Below are positions 59,081-64,000 of a DNA stretch of 64,000 bases, in pieces. A model generated the notes under the pieces. The model made no database searches and was not told where the DNA came from. It saw only the letters and a list, made by a program, of their open reading frames with translations. This DNA comes from an uncultured Actinomycetota bacterium (GTDB lineage Bacteria > Actinomycetota > Actinomycetes > JAFAQI01). The stretch lies in contig CAVYQE010000011.1 of NCBI GenBank assembly GCA_963770565.1, positions 480,001 to 544,000 of the forward strand, read 5' to 3'. Both the position numbers and the translations under genes were made by a program. Numbering within the stretch: position 1 is the first letter of the stretch; each line of letters starts with the position of its first letter.

Positions 59081-59458
59081 ATGCCGATGATGGCGGTCAC
59101 GTCCTCAACAGCCGGTCGGCGGCATGTAGCCGATCCTTCAGCCGCGGATGTTGTGGCTGCTATCCGGGCGCTCGACGGAGAGGGTGAGGTTGAACTCGAT
59201 GCACCCGGTCATGGCTGGCTCGGCGTGGCGGGAGGGCCGGACAAGTACTTCCTCGGCTACTGCCGGGAGGGCGATGGCGCGATCTTGCAAGCTCGTGCCG
59301 TGGAGTCGGTCGGCGGCACCGTCGAGATGGTGATCGGAGGCCAACCCACCTCAATCGAAGCCGAGTACACGGTCACTCTGGATGCGGCAACGGCGGCCGT
59401 CCTGCACTTCTTGGAGACAGGTGAGGCCGACCCCGCCATCGGCTGGGAGCAGATGTAG
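59081..59458 (+). CDS. Imm1-like immunity protein
   Basis: Small acidic protein with C-terminal VTLDAATAAVLHFLETGEADPAIGW, resembling the Imm1 pattern. Confidence 0.65.
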   Translation: MPMMAVTSSTAGRRHVADPSAADVVAAIRALDGEGEVELDAPGHGWLGVAGGPDKYFLGYCREGDGAILQARAVESVGGTVEMVIGGQPTSIEAEYTVTLDAATAAVLHFLETGEADPAIGWEQM

Positions 59459-59641
59459 AGGTGCGATAGGGAACGACGCACTCTGTCCGGCCTACCGACG
59501 CGAGGCGTCCGATCCTCGCCGGCGCTATTCGACGCGGCGTTGCGAGATCATCCCCCTTCAGCGGATGGATGATCCGTCGCGGCATGAAGGGACGGCGTAC
59601 CGTTCGGGGTTCGGAGCCGGTGGCTCAGATATCGCTGGAGT

Positions 59642-60172
59642 GTGAGGAGACTGGGCATGTCAGCAGATGACGCAGACGAAGCGGATGACGAAATCCTGCG
59701 TGGCTTCCTCAGAGCCCAGCGCGAATCGGTATTGGCAATCGTCGAGGGGCTCGGCGAGGACGCGTGGCACCGGTCAGTCGTACCCACCGGCTGGACGCCG
59801 GCTGGGTTAGTGGAACACCTGGGCGGCGCCGAATGGCACTGGTTTCAGGGCGTCGTAGCGGGCAAGCAGCCGGAGTTGCCGGGCGACGTCGAGGAGGATC
59901 AGGTGCCTTACGACCCCATGTCGGTGGTGTTCACCTCAGACGCGTCCCCCGCGGAGATCACTACCTTCTACCGCGACCAGTGCGCGCAGTCGGAGGATGT
60001 GCTGGCGACCACAGCACTGTCGGCGTCGCCACTCGGTAAGCATGGCCGATACGAGCCGCCAAATGTTCGTTGGGTTGTACTGCACATGATCGAGGAGACC
60101 GCACGTCATGCCGGGCATCTGGACATCGCTCGGGAGCTTCTCGACGGCACGGTTCGGCAGGGCGGCCGGTGA
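59642..60172 (+). CDS. DinB/DUF664 family protein
   Basis: GFLRAQR, GLVEHLGGAEWHWF and HMIEETARHAGHLDIARELLDG. Confidence 0.88.
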   Translation: MRRLGMSADDADEADDEILRGFLRAQRESVLAIVEGLGEDAWHRSVVPTGWTPAGLVEHLGGAEWHWFQGVVAGKQPELPGDVEEDQVPYDPMSVVFTSDASPAEITTFYRDQCAQSEDVLATTALSASPLGKHGRYEPPNVRWVVLHMIEETARHAGHLDIARELLDGTVRQGGR

Positions 60173-60537
60173 TGCGGCGCCTGTGTTTTCCTCCGTGAGC
60201 TCGCCGCCGTCGAGAGCAACACGCTTAAGGATCCCGGTCAAACCGTTCCCGCCGCCGCCCGGATCAGCGCAGTGCGGATCCCACCGACGACCGCTCTCAT
60301 CAACCATGGGCTGGATGGGATCGTCCCGAGTTCCGCTCGGCAGCTGATCACTGACCGTCGCTGGGAAGAGCGGTGATACCGAACAGACGTGCCGTTCTGC
60401 ATCTTTCGTGACGAGGGCGTCAATCGACCAGAACGGCATTACTTCTCGTCGTTCGGTCTACGCCGGGCGGACGGTTGGGGGATGGCGATGGGGGACCCTC
60501 CTCGGCCGGGCACGGCACCCGGCCAAGGCCGAAGCGT

Positions 60538-60852
60538 CTAGCGCGGTGCTTGCAGCACCATAAGGCGCCCCTGAGCATTCACCCCGAGCACGCCGCCGTT
60601 CCATACGCTTGGCGCGCAGGGTGCTGCGGCGTTGTGATCAAAGGTGACCGATATGACGTCCACTTTCGGTCGGCTTTCGGCGCGGTCGTAAAGCTTCACC
60701 TCGAAGGTGTGTGGTCCGGCGGTGTGGATGGTTTCGCCTAGCCGCGTGCCGGGGTTGCCGCAGTATCCAACGAAGCAAGCGACGATGTGCCCGTGTGGAT
60801 GGCTGCGCGCCCATACGTAGGTGCTGAGTACTACGCCTTGCCACGGCGCCAT
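60538..60852 (-). CDS. Hypothetical protein or gene fragment
   Basis: 104-aa ORF with protein-like composition; family not recognised. Confidence 0.35.
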   Translation of the reverse strand: MAPWQGVVLSTYVWARSHPHGHIVACFVGYCGNPGTRLGETIHTAGPHTFEVKLYDRAESRPKVDVISVTFDHNAAAPCAPSVWNGGVLGVNAQGRLMVLQAPR

Positions 60853-61080
60853 CGCACCTTCACGCCGCTGAGTCGGCGCTACAGCCCGGCATCAACGCGA
60901 AGACCAGCCCGATAGCCGCGAAGCCATACAACGGAGATCGCACCTGGCAAGTTTGGCTGACCGGCTGGCCCTCGACGGTCACGATCCGGACTCATTCGGG
61001 CTCTGCGAACGGTGCGCCAGAACGGCACGTATGGATCACCTACACCACGCGAGGGCGGCCCACTACGAACGCTCGTGCTC

Positions 61081-61557
61081 CTACGGCGGCGGGGCCACAT
61101 TTAGGCGCGCAGTCGCGAGCGTCGCCAAGCCGCCAACGCAGGGCACGTTCTTCTTCGGGCGCGCGTTGTCGCACATCGCGTAGTTGATGGGAACACTGAC
61201 GCGGCCTGGGCGGGTCAGGAGCCAGCCATGATCCTGTCGCCGAAGAGGCGCACCAGCAGCCTTGTTGGCCAGCTGAAATATGTGAGGACAGCCCGACCGA
61301 CTGACGACGCGCACGACGTCGCCAACTTGCGCGTGGAGTTGCACGTCGCCGGTAACCGGCGTTGCGGCGCGATTGATGAGGAGTCGTGCGGTCGTACCTC
61401 GGCAAGGCCCAGGGCCGAGGGCGAGGGCAAGAGGCAATGCAGGGCGCGGGACCGGAGTAAACGTCACAGGACGAGTGACGCTGGGCGACGACGCTGCACC
61501 ACTACACGCGGCGACGAGAAGCGTGAGCGAAAGGCCCGCAAAGACGCGCACTCTCAT
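61081..61557 (-). CDS. Putative lipoprotein
   Basis: MRVRVFAGLSLTLLVAAC lipobox; four further Cys. Confidence 0.65.
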   Translation of the reverse strand: MRVRVFAGLSLTLLVAACSGAASSPSVTRPVTFTPVPRPALPLALALGPGPCRGTTARLLINRAATPVTGDVQLHAQVGDVVRVVSRSGCPHIFQLANKAAGAPLRRQDHGWLLTRPGRVSVPINYAMCDNARPKKNVPCVGGLATLATARLNVAPPP

Positions 61558-61719
61558 GCCCGTAAGACTCGCACGCAGCAACATCGGTTCCAAGGGACTT
61601 GATGATGACCAGGTGCCTCCGGGCCGACGCAAGAGAAGGTAACGCCGGTTAAGGTCGGCGAGCAGAAAGGCCAAATCGCGAATGCGGAACCTACAGACCA
61701 ACTCGATGATCCGCGCGAA

Positions 61720-61856
61720 AGTCCGCGAGGTCGGAGACAATCTGTACTTAGCCGCACCTCGCACAGGCGGCCTGTAGGAAATCAACTGGCGGCTCGGCGG
61801 TCCCGCGAGTCCGCGACAAGTCCGCGACAATTTCAGCAGTCCGCCGAAAGTCCGCG
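61720..61856 (+). repeat. Putative integrase arm-type sites, right
   Basis: AGTCCGCG at 61720, 61808, 61819 and 61849; variant AGTCCGCC at 61838. Confidence 0.72.
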
Positions 61857-61966
61857 AAAAACCGGACATTCCCGGCAGCCGACGGTCACTGGCGGTCAAG
61901 GTGTTGCCGCAGGTCGGGCCCGTAATTCGAGGAAAATGCCTGGTCAGCCAATCGCTCCGGAGGCAT

Positions 61967-61992
61967 CCCGGCTTACAGGCCAACTCGTCCGC
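61967..61992 (+). repeat. attR core (duplicate of the rnpB 3' end)
   Basis: 26/26 identity to 53551-53576; flanking sequence diverges on both sides. Confidence 0.92.
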
Positions 61993-62243
61993 CACCCGAG
62001 CCCCCGACTAGCGTCTTCGCAGCATGCGACTAGGCAACGACGAGCGAGGAGCAGGCTTCACCCATCGTCTTCGCGCGGTGCCGCGATCCCGGGCGTCCAG
62101 CAGGTTATCGGTGTCGCTGAGTCGCCGTGCCACGTTGGAGATTCTCTTTTTGGCCTGCGAAGACCTGCGAAGCCGACGAGGATAGCCGCGTGGGAGCCCG
62201 TCCGCCCAGGCTCCCGCAGATCGAGTGCGGACAAGGAGTCGCC

Positions 62244-64000
62244 GTGTCGTACGCAGTTCTCGTTGCTCCCCAGACCCGTCCGCTGCGGCAGCCATTCACC
62301 GTTCATCAGCGAGCCTTTGTCGGGTTCGCGGCGCTTGCGCTCACGGCACTGACCGCGGCAGGTCTGCCGACGCTGTGGCCAGGTCACCCGGGTGGATCTC
62401 AGCCGCTCCCGGCCAGGGACGGCGTCAGCTCCCTGACGATGTCGAACCCGGCGCAACGCCTGACCGCGAGCTTCGGGTCGGGCGGCGCAACGGTCAGGTC
62501 TGATGGCGCTCGATTCACCCTTGGACTGACAGCCTTCGGCCGCGGTGCGCAGCTTCAGTCCGTCGCACCGGTCCAGCCACAGCTGCGGGACGGGATGATT
62601 CGCTACGCATATCCGGCTGCGGTGACCGAGACTTGGCGAAACGGACCCCTCGGGCTTGAGCAGGGCTTCGTTCTCTCGCAGCGGCCCGCCGGCAATGGAG
62701 CGCTGAGCATTGCCATGACTGCTCCGGCAACCTCGCTGCTATTGCGCGGCGCCGTGTTGCTGCCGGGTGGCCTGCGCTATGCCGGACTACGTGTGAGCGA
62801 CGCCAGCGGTCGGGTGCTGCATTCGTGGCTCGCGCTTGCGCACGGGCAGTTGCTGATCAAGGTGTCCGATCGCGGAGCGCATTACCCGGTACGGATCGAT
62901 CCGCTGGTGCAGCAGGCCAATGTGACCGCCAAGGATGGTGTGGTCGGGGACTACTTCGGGAGCAGCGTCGCAGTGTCCGGGCACACCCTGGTCGCGGGCG
63001 CTCCGTACCACAAGGTCGGTGTGAATTCGAACGAGGGCGCGGTGTACGTCTTCAGTGACCGCTCGGGTCATTGGAAGCAGATCGCCGAGCTCGCGGTGGC
63101 GGGCGGTTCGGCAAACCTGTATTTCGGCTCGACGGTCGGGATCTCCGGCAACACGATCGTCGCGAGCGCACCGTACGCGGGCGCGGCGAGCCAGGGCGCG
63201 CTGTACGTCTTCGGTGACGGCTCCGGCCGTTGGAAGCAGATCGCCGAACTGACCGCCTCAGACGCCGTGGCCGGCGACCAGCTCGGCCACTACTCCGTCG
63301 CGATCCAGGGCAAGACAATAGTCGCCGGCTCACCCGCACACGCAGTCAACTCAATCAGCGGTCAAGGGGCCGTGTATGTCTTCAACGAGCCTTCTGGTGG
63401 TTGGCACACGATGACGCAGAGCGCCGAGCTGAGCGAGGCACATGGGGCGCTCGACGATTGGGTTGGCTGGTCAGTGGGGATCTCCGGCAACACGATCGTG
63501 GCCGGCGCGCCCGCCCCGTACGAGGAGAGCAACCACCACGCGGCGGTGTTCGTCTTCACCAAGCGCTCAGGTCACTGGAAGCAGACGGGTGAGGTGCATC
63601 AGCGTGATGCCTCCATCAACAATGACATCGGCCAGGAGGTCGCGATCTCCGGCCACACGATCGCGGCGGGCGCACCGGAGTCCAACAACTTGTACATCTT
63701 CCAATCCGCCAGCGGCAAATGGAAGCAGACCGCGGACTTGACGTACAACGTGTGTGACTCCACCGAATGCTCGGGCGATTCGCTGGGCACTGCAGTCGCG
63801 TTTGCGGGCAACGCAATCGTTGCGGGTGCTGCTGCCGTTCGGAAGAACGACTACGTGGCCGCATTCCCCGAGTACCGGGAGTTCTCAGGCAAGTGGCGGC
63901 AGGTTGCGACGTTGTTTGCCGGCGCGAACCAGCACAGCACAGCGCAACGGTTCGCCGAGGCGCTCGCGAGCTCGGGCACCACCGTGGTGGCGGGTGTGTT
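62244..64000 (+). CDS. Secreted or surface FG-GAP repeat protein (runs off the window)
   Basis: Not in the ORF track. AAGGAG RBS then GTG at 62244; N-terminal hydrophobic segment; NGPLGLEQGF and YPVRIDPLV; repeats such as DYFGSSVAVSGHTLVAGAP...GAVYVF. Confidence 0.87.
   Translation, partial: MSYAVLVAPQTRPLRQPFTVHQRAFVGFAALALTALTAAGLPTLWPGHPGGSQPLPARDGVSSLTMSNPAQRLTASFGSGGATVRSDGARFTLGLTAFGRGAQLQSVAPVQPQLRDGMIRYAYPAAVTETWRNGPLGLEQGFVLSQRPAGNGALSIAMTAPATSLLLRGAVLLPGGLRYAGLRVSDASGRVLHSWLALAHGQLLIKVSDRGAHYPVRIDPLVQQANVTAKDGVVGDYFGSSVAVSGHTLVAGAPYHKVGVNSNEGAVYVFSDRSGHWKQIAELAVAGGSANLYFGSTVGISGNTIVASAPYAGAASQGALYVFGDGSGRWKQIAELTASDAVAGDQLGHYSVAIQGKTIVAGSPAHAVNSISGQGAVYVFNEPSGGWHTMTQSAELSEAHGALDDWVGWSVGISGNTIVAGAPAPYEESNHHAAVFVFTKRSGHWKQTGEVHQRDASINNDIGQEVAISGHTIAAGAPESNNLYIFQSASGKWKQTADLTYNVCDSTECSGDSLGTAVAFAGNAIVAGAAAVRKNDYVAAFPEYREFSGKWRQVATLFAGANQHSTAQRFAEALASSGTTVVAGV

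Larger units (their letters stand above)
53577..61992. mobile_element. Integrative mobilizable element (~8.4 kb) inserted in the 3' end of rnpB
   Basis: 26-bp flanking direct repeat; tyrosine integrase next to attL, excisionase, MobF relaxase and TA pair; AGTCCGCG repeats near both ends. Confidence 0.9.

Overview
High-GC actinobacterial chromosome segment. The gene order DUF3145 ... aceE/DUF3052/peroxiredoxin ... tRNA-Val ... Nif3/Zn-ribbon/RNase H-phosphatase ... rnpB resembles the conserved actinobacterial backbone. From the left, the window holds a protocatechuate/beta-ketoadipate cluster (pcaIJRHGBD, minus strand) divergent from an aldehyde dehydrogenase-pobA-MFS-MetE-like operon. Next is a stand-alone retron-type reverse transcriptase preceded by a ~135-nt structured non-coding region, with no adjacent effector gene. 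Then come a GlpK/GlpA-like operon, aceE, an RTX-repeat secreted protein, tRNA-Val(TAC), a HelD-like helicase, a DUF222-HNH gene with LexA and PafBC-type sites, pntAB, korAB, a GH65/beta-PGM pair and housekeeping genes. The RNase P RNA gene rnpB (53192-53576) is the integration site of an ~8.4-kb integrative mobilizable element bounded by a 26-bp direct repeat. That element carries a frameshifted tyrosine integrase, an excisionase, 12-bp repeat clusters, a DUF433/PIN toxin-antitoxin pair, a MobF relaxase-helicase, an orphan Imm1-like gene and other cargo. The two strongest leads are the effector-less retron-like locus and the rnpB-targeting element. All calls come from reading motifs by eye; no searches were run, and some start codons are best guesses.
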